Below are positions 28,594-37,551 of a stretch of DNA of 48,747 nt, one piece after another (position 1 is the stretch's first letter; every line of letters begins with the position of its first letter). The stretch spans positions 1 to 48,747 of the forward strand of contig DCWO01000060.1 of the NCBI GenBank assembly GCA_002328865.1. Reading direction: 5' to 3'. The DNA comes from Dehalococcoidia bacterium UBA2160. Its GTDB lineage: Bacteria; Chloroflexota; Dehalococcoidia; Lucifugimonadales; UBA1123. The translations under genes were made by a program, and so were the position numbers. The notes under the pieces are model-generated. The model ran no database searches. It saw only the letters and a list, made by a program, of their open reading frames with translations, and was not told where the DNA came from.

Positions 28594-30648
28594 ATGAAGG
28601 CGAAAGCAATGGCGGCGGCGGTGACGACGGTCGGGTGGTTCGCGTACGTCGGACTCATTTCCTCGGGAGCCGTGGATGCTTCCTCGGACATGACCGAGGT
28701 TGTTTCCGGTCAAGAAGGTCCATTGATTTGGACTATGGCCATGGGCAGCGTCCTCTGGCCGATCTTGCTCATCCCGATAATCGTGGTGCTGGCATCGACT
28801 ACCGTTTGGCTCGCGCGCAGAGACGACCGGCCGGCGCCGGCCGCAACGGCGCCTCCGGAAACGACGACCGGCGCTGCTCCGACTATCGAACCGGAAGCGA
28901 CTCCGACGCCGCGCGTCGCAGTGCAACCGGCTGACTCCGGACCTGCGCCAGTGAACGTCATCGAAGTGCCAAAAACCATGCCCGCCAACCCAGAAGAACC
29001 CCTGGACGCGCCAACCATCCGGACCTTTCCGGTCGGCAAGAATCCAGCAGATCTGTTCTTCGACGGTGAAGCCATCTGGGTGGCGGCTCAGGATGACGAC
29101 GCTATCTCTCGATTCAACTTGGACGGGGAGCTGATAGCCACGATGCCCTCGCCTCAGTACCCGAACAGCATCGCGCACGACGGAGAATCGCTCTGGGTCG
29201 GTTCGTACTTCGCGGTGCGAAAATTCACAACCGAAGGCGAATTCATGGGCGCCACCCCGATGGAGTTTCGCAGACAGTCCGCCACGCTCTACGCGGGCGG
29301 TTATGTCTGGATCGCCAACAGCGGCCGCGACACCATCGTTCGCGTGACATTGGACTCCGAACACGCGGACGTGATTCAGGTAGGTCGAAGACCACTCTCC
29401 TTGGCGTTCGACGGCGAGCACATCTGGGCGACGAACAACCAGGACGACACCGTGTCGAAAATATCGGTGGACGGAGAGCCGATGGGCACGTTCCCAGTCG
29501 GAACCGGTCCACGTGGAGTGGCTATCGCCGAAAACCACGTATGGGTGACCAACAGTTTCGACGGCACGGTCTCGAAGCTCAACCTCGAGGGCGAGACGCT
29601 GGGCGTCTACCAGGTTGGAAACCTTCCCGGCGACATCATTTCGGACGGAGAATCCATGTGGGCCGGCAACCGTTCCGACATGAGCGTGTCCAGGCTCGGA
29701 TTGAACGGGGAGCATCTGGGGACGTTCCATCTGGGCAAAACGCCTGGCGCAATGACCTTTGACGGGTCCGCGGTGTGGGTGGCGCACCCTGCGGCGGGCG
29801 AGATGTCGAAACTGGTGGTCGAGAACGTTCGGATTTCGACGTTTCAGGTGGGCGACGCCCCGGAGCCCATCATCTTCGACGGCGAGCACCTCTGGGTCGG
29901 CAACGCCCTGAGCCACACTGTGTCCAAGATCACCGTCGATGGGATTACCGTCGGGACATTCGACGCCGGTGGCCGGGAGCCTAACGCGCTTGTCTTCGAC
30001 GGCGAATCGATATGGACCGCAAATCAGTTCGATCACACTTCGTCTCGGATCAGCCTCGACGGCGAGGTCATCGATGTTTATCCGGTGGCGACTCTGCCCA
30101 GAACCGTGGTATTCGACGGCGCCAATGTCTGGTCGTCCGGGTGCTGGGAACAACTTCTTTACAGGGTCGACGGGAACGGCGCCTCGGTCCCGCCAGTGCC
30201 TACTGAAGGACTCGGTCCAATCAACCTGTTCTTCGACGGGGACTTCGTCTGGGCGGCCAACGCTCACAGCGACTCGGTCACGAAATTCACGCTTGATGGC
30301 GACATCGTGGGCTCTTTTGAGGTCGGAGACGTGCCCATCGCATTCGAATACGATGGTGAGAACATCTGGGTCGCGAACTGGCGAGAGAACACTGTCAGTA
30401 AACTGAGTCGCGACGGCGAGGATCTGGGGCGGTTCCCGGTCGGTGGATTGCCGTACGGGCTGGTTTACGACGGCGAGAACATATGGGTGGCCAACAGCCA
30501 GGACGGCACCGTTTCGAAGCTGAGCGATTCAGGCGAGATATTGGCGACGTACCCCGTCGGCGCGTCGCCGGCGAAAATGGTCGTCGTCGGGGACTCCATT
30601 TGGGTGACGAACGCCAGCGACGACACGATCACGGAAATCTCCAAATGA
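28594..30648 (+). CDS. Membrane-anchored YncE/YVTN-type beta-propeller repeat protein (14 repeats)
   Basis: Two hydrophobic N-terminal segments, a Pro/Thr linker, then about 39-aa repeats P..FDG..IWV.N...TVSK...G..F.VG. ATG 28594 follows GGAGG. Confidence 0.85.
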   Translation: MKAKAMAAAVTTVGWFAYVGLISSGAVDASSDMTEVVSGQEGPLIWTMAMGSVLWPILLIPIIVVLASTTVWLARRDDRPAPAATAPPETTTGAAPTIEPEATPTPRVAVQPADSGPAPVNVIEVPKTMPANPEEPLDAPTIRTFPVGKNPADLFFDGEAIWVAAQDDDAISRFNLDGELIATMPSPQYPNSIAHDGESLWVGSYFAVRKFTTEGEFMGATPMEFRRQSATLYAGGYVWIANSGRDTIVRVTLDSEHADVIQVGRRPLSLAFDGEHIWATNNQDDTVSKISVDGEPMGTFPVGTGPRGVAIAENHVWVTNSFDGTVSKLNLEGETLGVYQVGNLPGDIISDGESMWAGNRSDMSVSRLGLNGEHLGTFHLGKTPGAMTFDGSAVWVAHPAAGEMSKLVVENVRISTFQVGDAPEPIIFDGEHLWVGNALSHTVSKITVDGITVGTFDAGGREPNALVFDGESIWTANQFDHTSSRISLDGEVIDVYPVATLPRTVVFDGANVWSSGCWEQLLYRVDGNGASVPPVPTEGLGPINLFFDGDFVWAANAHSDSVTKFTLDGDIVGSFEVGDVPIAFEYDGENIWVANWRENTVSKLSRDGEDLGRFPVGGLPYGLVYDGENIWVANSQDGTVSKLSDSGEILATYPVGASPAKMVVVGDSIWVTNASDDTITEISK

Positions 30649-30705
30649 CGCCGGTTTGCCAGCGCCGAAATTGGCGGCACAACGACGCTTTCGCGGCCTG
30701 AGCCC

Positions 30706-31488
30706 ATGAACGAAAACGCCGACCGCATTTACGCTGAGATTTACGATTCGGCAAACTCCGCTTTCCGAGCCGATATACCGTTCTATGTGGAGGAGGCTCA
30801 ACGCCCGGGGGGTTCGGTCCTCGAACTCAGGTGTCGCACGGGTTTAGTGGCCGCAGCGATCGCCAGATCGGGCGTGGACGTCGTGGGCATCGATTCGTCG
30901 GCGCCTATGCTCGAGGCGGCGCGCCGCAAGATGGGCCAACTAGACGAGACGAGCGGGTCGCTTGATTTCGTCGAAGCAGGCTTGACTGATTTCTCGCGTG
31001 TGCTAGATGGCAAATTCAATCTGGCGATCTGCCCTGACAGTGGGTTTCTCTCGCTGCTGACCGTTGAGGATCAGACGTTGCTCCTTCGCAACGTAATCCG
31101 TCATCTGGCGCCGGGCGGAAGGTTCATCTTCGACATCGAGGCTCCTGACCTCGACCTGCTCGCACAGGACGCGGATGTCGCGTATCAGGTTCGAGACGTG
31201 ACTGACCCAGATATGGGCGCCAGGTTCGTCTTCTGGGAGCAGAGCGGCTACGATCATTTCGACCAGATCGCTGAAGTGCGAACTATCGTGGAGGAGCTGG
31301 ACGGCGAAGGCGTGGTCTGCCGCCGCATCTACCGTGATTCAAAGGTGCGATACGCGAATCGCTGGGAAGTGTACCATCTCCTCAAGCTGTCCGGTTTTGA
31401 GGTTTTGAACCTGTTTGGGAGCTTCGACCGGGCCCCGTTTGAAAGCGACAGCGCCGTAATGACCTGGGTCGCAGGAGCGCGCTCCTGA
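30706..31488 (+). CDS. Class I SAM-dependent methyltransferase-like protein with altered motif I
   Basis: YAEIYD, DIPFY, VLELRCRTG (expected GxGxG), GIDSSAPML and HLAPGGRFIFD. Confidence 0.8.
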   Translation: MNENADRIYAEIYDSANSAFRADIPFYVEEAQRPGGSVLELRCRTGLVAAAIARSGVDVVGIDSSAPMLEAARRKMGQLDETSGSLDFVEAGLTDFSRVLDGKFNLAICPDSGFLSLLTVEDQTLLLRNVIRHLAPGGRFIFDIEAPDLDLLAQDADVAYQVRDVTDPDMGARFVFWEQSGYDHFDQIAEVRTIVEELDGEGVVCRRIYRDSKVRYANRWEVYHLLKLSGFEVLNLFGSFDRAPFESDSAVMTWVAGARS

Positions 31489-31538
31489 AATGAAATCTAC
31501 TGCTTTCCGGTTCAGATCGGACGCCAAAAGGAGATGAC

Positions 31539-32759
31539 ATGGCCGATACACGATCCGAATATGTCAGCGCGGTCATAGGGGCGGTGGACGCTCTGCGCGA
31601 TGAGCTGGTCGAGATCAGCCTGGACATTCACTCGCACCCCCAGGTGAACTACGAAGAGCAGCACGCTGCGAAGCTTCTGGCTGACAACCTCGAAAGTCAC
31701 GGTTTTCACGTCGAGCGCGGCGTCGGTGGCGTCGAGACGGCGTTCCGCGGTACGCTGAACGGGGGAGGGGGCGACGGTCCCACTGTGGGGCTGCTCGCCG
31801 AGTATGATGCGCTCCCGGAGATCGGCCACGGCTGCGGCCACAACCTGATCGCTATCTCCAACCTCGGCGCAGGATTGGCCGCTCAGTCTGCGCTGGGCTC
31901 GCTTCCGGGCCGGATCGTGGTTCTGGGGACCCCAGCCGAAGAAGGCGGCGGCGGCAAGATCCGAATGCTGGACGCTGGCGTATTCGACGGCGTGGACATC
32001 GCGCTCTCTTCCCACCCGTCCTCCAACATGACGAGCTTCGACACCGACGCTCCTCCGGGAACGACTTGGAGCCTGGCCATGGCGTCACGCATCTTCGAGT
32101 TCCATGGCAAGGCGGCCCACGCGGCCGCGAGACCGGAGGCGGGAATCAACGCGCTCAATGCGGTCATCCACCTGTTCACGGGCATCGACGCCATGCGTCA
32201 GCACCTTCGAGACGACACCCGTATACACGGAGTCGTCACGCATGGAGGCACGGCTGCCAACGTCGTGCCCGAGTATGCGGCCGCCGACTTCATGATGCGT
32301 TCACGCGACCGCGTATACCTCACCGAGGTCTTGGGAAAGGTTATGAACATCGCGGAAGGCGCCGCGACCATGACAGGCGCCCGATTGGAGCCGCCAACTG
32401 CCAACCCAATGTACGAGGATGTCCGGCCGAATACAACGCTGGCCGGAACCGCTGAAGCCATAGCGAGAGACATCGGCATGGACGTCGATCCTCCGGCAAG
32501 TGGAAGCCGTGGCAGCGGCGCCTCGACCGACTTCGGCAACGTCAGCCACGTCATGCCCTCGTTCGCAATGAGATTCGCTGTCAGCCGAGAGCCAGTGCCC
32601 GGGCATTCGCGGCTGATGACGGAGGCCGCGCGAACGGACCTGGCCCACGAAAACGCCCTGGCGACCGCCAAGGTGCTCGGAATCATGGCATGCGATCTGT
32701 TGGCCGACCCCGGACTCGCCGAAGCCGCTCGGAGGGAGTTCGCGGCACGAGGCGCGTAG
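31539..32759 (+). CDS. M20 family amidohydrolase (AbgB/ACY1L2-like)
   Basis: AEYDALPEIGHGCGHNLI, GTPAEEGGGGK, HGKAAHAA and STDFGNVSH. Confidence 0.93.
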   Translation: MADTRSEYVSAVIGAVDALRDELVEISLDIHSHPQVNYEEQHAAKLLADNLESHGFHVERGVGGVETAFRGTLNGGGGDGPTVGLLAEYDALPEIGHGCGHNLIAISNLGAGLAAQSALGSLPGRIVVLGTPAEEGGGGKIRMLDAGVFDGVDIALSSHPSSNMTSFDTDAPPGTTWSLAMASRIFEFHGKAAHAAARPEAGINALNAVIHLFTGIDAMRQHLRDDTRIHGVVTHGGTAANVVPEYAAADFMMRSRDRVYLTEVLGKVMNIAEGAATMTGARLEPPTANPMYEDVRPNTTLAGTAEAIARDIGMDVDPPASGSRGSGASTDFGNVSHVMPSFAMRFAVSREPVPGHSRLMTEAARTDLAHENALATAKVLGIMACDLLADPGLAEAARREFAARGA

Positions 32760-33014
32760 CGTTCATATTGAGTTCGCAGGCTGGTTTGGCGGAGCCTATT
32801 GGATTCGGACCGGTGGAGAGAGCCGTTGAACGGCGTGCCAGATCCACAACCCCCGACGGTCCGCTGGCGGGGTCGTTCAGGGAGTGCACCGCTGCCTGTT
32901 GAGCGGTCGGCGTAGTCCATGGCGGTCCGGAAAGTGCTGACGTCGGCGCAAGACCGGTCGATCACCTTGAGCGATAGGCATGGCATGTCCCTGACGGCCG
33001 AGGAGAGTCAATCC

Positions 33015-33644
33015 GTGTCCACGAACGATATCAACCACATGTTTTTGGTGCGTCACGGAGAGAGCGAGCACCATACCAACGGAATGGCTGGCGGCTGGAC
33101 CGACACGCCACTGACAGAATCAGGAAGACAGCAGATCTCAGCCACGGCCGTTCACCTTCGCACACTTGAACTTCGGAGCGTGGCTCTTTATTGTAGCGAT
33201 CTTCAACGAGCGATAGAGAGCGCGATCATCATAGGTTCGGAACTGGGATGCACGCCAGAGCCCATACCAGAATTCCGTGAGCTCAACAATGGCGATGCCG
33301 CCGGGTTGACTCTATCGGAAGCAGCAAAGATTCAGATTCCGGAACCGATTTCCGGAAATCGAGAAGCGATGCTTAATTGGCGCCCATACAACAACGCTGA
33401 AACCTGGCGGGAGATGGCTCAACGCGTGGCGTCAGCACTTGAGAAGATCAAGAGCAATGACGCTCAAGCGACGATAATCGTCGGACACGCGCTCTCCGGT
33501 CAAGCTCTGATCCAAAATTGGCTGAAACTACCGCTTCATTTGGCGGTTTCCTTTCAGTTTGATCCTGCGAGCGTTACCGAGCTTCGCGTAAATCAGTGGG
33601 GCGAACGAGAAATCGTAAGGCTAAATACCAGCTACCATGCCTGA
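33015..33644 (+). CDS. Histidine phosphatase family protein
   Basis: LVRHGES, GGWTDTPLT, SDLQRA, RELNNG, VGH and LNTSYH. Start may be GTG 33015 or ATG 33039. Confidence 0.9.
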   Translation: MSTNDINHMFLVRHGESEHHTNGMAGGWTDTPLTESGRQQISATAVHLRTLELRSVALYCSDLQRAIESAIIIGSELGCTPEPIPEFRELNNGDAAGLTLSEAAKIQIPEPISGNREAMLNWRPYNNAETWREMAQRVASALEKIKSNDAQATIIVGHALSGQALIQNWLKLPLHLAVSFQFDPASVTELRVNQWGEREIVRLNTSYHA

Positions 33645-34571
33645 TGCCCAATTCGACGGATTACTCGGCACATTGGGTAGGGACTCGCTGAACGCCGCAA
33701 TCGATCCAGTGCATGACCTCTGATGATGGTTGCAACCGCCTGGCGGAAACCTTCCTGGCGACTTCTTCCTGAGTCTCGTCGGCCAGGCACGGCTCTCGCC
33801 CATTGCCACCCATCTTCTGGCTTCCTGTAGGTTCGATACAGGATCGCCGAAACCTCGATAATGTTCCGTATTCTTGACATTTCCGGAGGAAATTGGCACT
33901 CGGCAGGTTGACGTGCAGATTTCCGCGGCCCGGTGCAAGCAGACCAGGCGAGGCGTAGTTGAAAGCGGACTGTATTTGTATGGCGCCTAAAGAGACTCGA
34001 GGTTGACGTCGCATCGGTGCATGCTCTGGTGATAACCATTGTTTCCTTTGCAAAGACAGGACCGAACAACGCATGAACGCGCCGTTAAATCAAAACTTGT
34101 GCGCAAAGCATTGTTCGATGCATCTCCTCCGGAAACCGAATGCGGTTAGTTCGACAATCACGTAAGCAAGATAGAAGGATGATCGCACGGTCCCTTTCTC
34201 GCGAGGTTACCTCAAATGCTTTATCTGCGTTCTCAGTCGGATCAGAACGCTATCTCGACGTGGAACATTTCGATACCGCAGTTCTCTGATCAAATGGTTT
34301 ACCGGCGTCGAGTAACTTTCCGTTGCGGTGAAGAAACACCCGAATCAGCAGATTCACGCAACAACGAAGGTAAACAATCCGATGCTTCGCATCGTGCGTC
34401 AGAACAAGATGGCCCACTAAATAACTTCGCACATGACGTTGTCTTGCAACGAAAAACGCAACGTTTGTTCGGCTTCAACCTCGCGTATTCATGCCATTTC
34501 CTGTTATCATGATTCTAGCTAATGATGAAATGCCGTTGGTGTTGACGGCGAATGAGTCACAGGAGGCAAGA

Positions 34572-34868
34572 ATGCCGTCGTTCGAACTGATTCCATTGCA
34601 AGAGGCACAACGCCAATCTTCTCTGACCGGTAAACGGGGCGCGATCATGCAAGAGTATCTCGGGTATGTGGATCGTCTCGAGTCTGGCTCGGCAGGCAAA
34701 CTGACGATCGGAGACGGAGAGACCTCCGCGGCGATCAAGCGACGTCTCGGCGCAGCTTCGAAATTGAGCGGGAAAGAATTGGTCGTCAAACGAGTCAAAG
34801 ACGACATCTATTTCTGGGAAGCCGAACCCAAGAGGCGGCGTGGAAGGCCCAGGAAAAACCCAGCCTAA
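34572..34868 (+). CDS. Small basic protein with C-terminal AT-hook (putative DNA-binding)
   Basis: AGGAGG SD; 98 aa ending PKRRRGRPRKNPA. Confidence 0.8.
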   Translation: MPSFELIPLQEAQRQSSLTGKRGAIMQEYLGYVDRLESGSAGKLTIGDGETSAAIKRRLGAASKLSGKELVVKRVKDDIYFWEAEPKRRRGRPRKNPA

Positions 34869-34998
34869 CCCAATCCAAAATCTGCAAACCTGTCCATCAG
34901 ATACAATGCTCATCGACCAATCGATCGAGACAGAGAATGTGTTTGTCGCGGCCTGGGTCGACAAACACTGCACGTCATCTTTCGCTAGTTGAAACAGA

Positions 34999-35027
34999 AC
35001 GCGGGACCCATTATCTGGGTCCCGCGT
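34999..35027. terminator. Probable (bidirectional) intrinsic terminator
   Basis: ACGCGGGACCCA-ttatc-TGGGTCCCGCGT perfect 12-bp stem between convergent genes; minus-strand tail TCTGTTTC. Confidence 0.6.
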
Positions 35028-35229
35028 CTTACTGTCATGGTCAATGGATTTTCAATGGCGTCGAAGCCGAAACAGGTCTTGCGTTCGTTAGTTGTTTCAT
35101 GGACTTACGGCAATGGTGCGCTGAGCATACGCCAACGCTGTCGTGACACGCGACTGAAAGGCCAACCGCGCCGAGTTCGACAACTCAACTGCTGCCGTCA
35201 ACTTGCATACAGCGGCGCAAAGGGCTGTT

Positions 35230-35430
35230 CTAAGATCGCAAGAAGATCCAACCCAGGGCCGCAGGCGCAGCCACGGACGCCAACAAGCAGATCCCCGCGC
35301 CAACGTATTCGCCGCTTCCTGCAGCCGTGATGGCCAAGATTATGCTGCCAAATGCGACGATCGTGAGATTCCATATCACGATTCGTCTGATCATCGACAT
35401 TGTCGACTGGCTGAATTTCTGTTCTTCCAT
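35230..35430 (-). CDS. Small two-TM membrane protein (66 aa)
   Basis: AAGGAGAG SD before MEEQKFSQ; two hydrophobic stretches. Confidence 0.6.
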   Translation of the reverse strand: MEEQKFSQSTMSMIRRIVIWNLTIVAFGSIILAITAAGSGEYVGAGICLLASVAAPAALGWIFLRS

Positions 35431-35909
35431 CCGTCTCTCCTTGGCACGACTTCGAGTAATGACAGCCGATTCGCCCGACAAAGGCACGACAGATGGCGTC
35501 GTTCCCGGGGCGCCGGCTTCAGTGCAACGGCTGATCTCACCTGGCGCCTGATGTCCCGTCGAATCGGGCATCTTCCGATAGGCCGCAGATGTTGCGCCTC
35601 TCTAGATAGTAAGACGACAACGCTGGCCGAAAAGTTCCACGGACAAGTTGCTGTGCAGAAATTCAGAATGTCAATGCTTCCACCTGCGGGCAGAGGTGAC
35701 GGAGAAGCGTGTATGCAAGTTGGATGCTAATCGCATCGACGAACGACGTGTCGTGGTCTGTGAAAGAAGTCAAAGCGGAACCTGGGACGTTCGGTTAAAC
35801 GAAACTCGATCCCGCTTTGATCGGGTCGGCGGTGGGTCCGACCGAACGTTGTCACCTGTCGGCGCCGCCGGAGAACCAGACGATCGGGCGTGAAAACCGA
35901 CTGATTGTG

Positions 35910-36404
35910 TCAGTGGCTTTCCAGATGCCGGGCGGTACGGCGCTCGGATTGTTGCATGACGAGCTTGGCCACGTTCTTGACGACTCGGTAGCCGGTCTCG
36001 GGCTCCGACGCGAACAGCGTGTTGAGAAGCTGGGTGTCGATGGCGATGATCTCGACTGCGCCGAGGGCCCTGGCGCCGGTGCAGCAGTCCACGTGTTCGA
36101 CGAGGCCGCCGGCGTTGAACACGTCTCCACCGGAGCTGAGCTCGATGACGTGCTCAACCGCTCCGGAGCGGAACGTCGTGGCCACGCGTCCGCTGAGCAG
36201 CACGAACGCTTCGTGGGAGGTGTCCGGGCACTCGCAACGGATCTCCTCGTCGATGAATTTCTTTACACGCCATGCCGGGAACAGGTTCGCGATCTGTTGT
36301 AACGTCAATCCGTTCATGAGGCCGCTTTCCAGTCCTGCCGCGGCCAATAGATAGCGTTTGAAATCGGATTTGGGGGTATTGGCTTCCGCCGTTTGTGCGC
36401 CCAT
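35910..36404 (-). CDS. Stand-alone cyclic-nucleotide-binding (Crp N-terminal-like) domain protein
   Basis: LMNGLTLQQI, FVLLSGRV, GDVF, ARAL..VEIIAID and EPETGYRV; no HTH. Confidence 0.7.
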   Translation of the reverse strand: MGAQTAEANTPKSDFKRYLLAAAGLESGLMNGLTLQQIANLFPAWRVKKFIDEEIRCECPDTSHEAFVLLSGRVATTFRSGAVEHVIELSSGGDVFNAGGLVEHVDCCTGARALGAVEIIAIDTQLLNTLFASEPETGYRVVKNVAKLVMQQSERRTARHLESH

Positions 36405-36711
36405 ATTGCGTCTCCGTTGAATTGACCGGGCGATGCGCGGATTTTGCGGCGAGTTCTTGCTCGGCTTCGTACACGATTAGATGCGGTTGCGCCAGGTCCG
36501 ATGCAGTATGTCTCGCACCCTGAGGTTTGATCGGAAATCATGAGGCGTCGATCCGCTCTGTCATCGGACCCGTCCGCTTGGCGAGCGACATCGTCTGGTC
36601 CCTTCAAGTGCGCGCCGAATCAGCGATCGCTCTCACTCTGGACGGTCGCGCCCGGACCCTGGTACATTTGCGAACGTCTACGATGCCAATCGGCCCGGAA
36701 GGAGACTCATC

Positions 36712-37551
36712 ATGACCTACGGAGAATATACAGCACTGTTGATCGATCAGCAGGGCGCCGTGCTCAAAGTAACGGTTGACCGTCCCCATGTGCTCAACGC
36801 CCAGAGCCGCGTCATGCGCGAGGAGTTCGACGAGGTGCTGGACATCGCGGCGGAAGACGACGAGGTGAGAGTCGTGATAGTTGCGGCGTCGGGAGACCAT
36901 TTCTCGGCCGGGCACGACCTGGGCAGCGCCGAGGAGATGGCGGACCGGGAGCAGAGACCGCTGACCCCCGGTTACGCGGGCGCCTACACGCGGGCTTGGG
37001 ACCTCAACGTGGCCAACACCCTGCGCTGGCGCAACTTTCCAAAGCCCACGATCGCTCAAGTTCAGGGCTACTGCATCATGGGCGGGATCATACTCGCGAC
37101 CGCGTGCGACCTGATCATCGCCGCTGACGACGCCCGTTTCGCGGATCGGACAGTGCGATGGGGAGGTCCCCATGTGCAGTACGCCAGCCTTCCTTGGGAG
37201 ATCGGGTTCCGGAAAGCGAAGGAGTACCTGTTCACCGGCGACTGGATCACCGCGGTCGAGGCCGAGCGGATTGGCCTGGCCAACAAGGTCGTGCCACGAG
37301 AGAAGCTGGACGAAGAAACCATGGACTTGGCCCAACGAATCGCTCTTCAGGACCCGTTTGCGGTCCGGCTCGCCAAGACGTCGATCAACATGGCGCAAGA
37401 CGAGGCGGGCTTCCACAACGGAATCATGAACTCATTCCACGTCTACAGCTCGGCCACAGGGGCCCGGCGGGAGCAGCAGAAGGATGAGGACGGTCCGGCC
37501 GGCATCGAGCGGGCGCGCAACCGCGACGCCCAATTCGGCGACCACCACTGA
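36712..37551 (+). CDS. Enoyl-CoA hydratase/isomerase family
   Basis: DRPHVLNAQ, HFSAGHDLG, PKPTIAQVQG, CDLIIAA and KAKEYLFTGD. Confidence 0.92.
   Translation: MTYGEYTALLIDQQGAVLKVTVDRPHVLNAQSRVMREEFDEVLDIAAEDDEVRVVIVAASGDHFSAGHDLGSAEEMADREQRPLTPGYAGAYTRAWDLNVANTLRWRNFPKPTIAQVQGYCIMGGIILATACDLIIAADDARFADRTVRWGGPHVQYASLPWEIGFRKAKEYLFTGDWITAVEAERIGLANKVVPREKLDEETMDLAQRIALQDPFAVRLAKTSINMAQDEAGFHNGIMNSFHVYSSATGARREQQKDEDGPAGIERARNRDAQFGDHH

Noticed and set aside
28990-30648. Periodic nucleotide similarity (ttcgacggcga...tgggt) suggestive of a repeat array or CRISPR
   Set aside because: It is fully explained by protein repeats in one ORF; there are no identical direct repeats with spacers.
33892-33918. 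CIRCE-like TTGGCACTC-N9-ACGTGCAGA
   Set aside because: The left arm is 8/9 but the right arm only 5/9, and no chaperone or clear gene is adjacent.
33621-34074. Three overlapping minus-strand ORFs, faintly transposase-like in places
   Set aside because: No consistent motif, SD or terminal repeats; cannot be supported as a gene or IS remnant.
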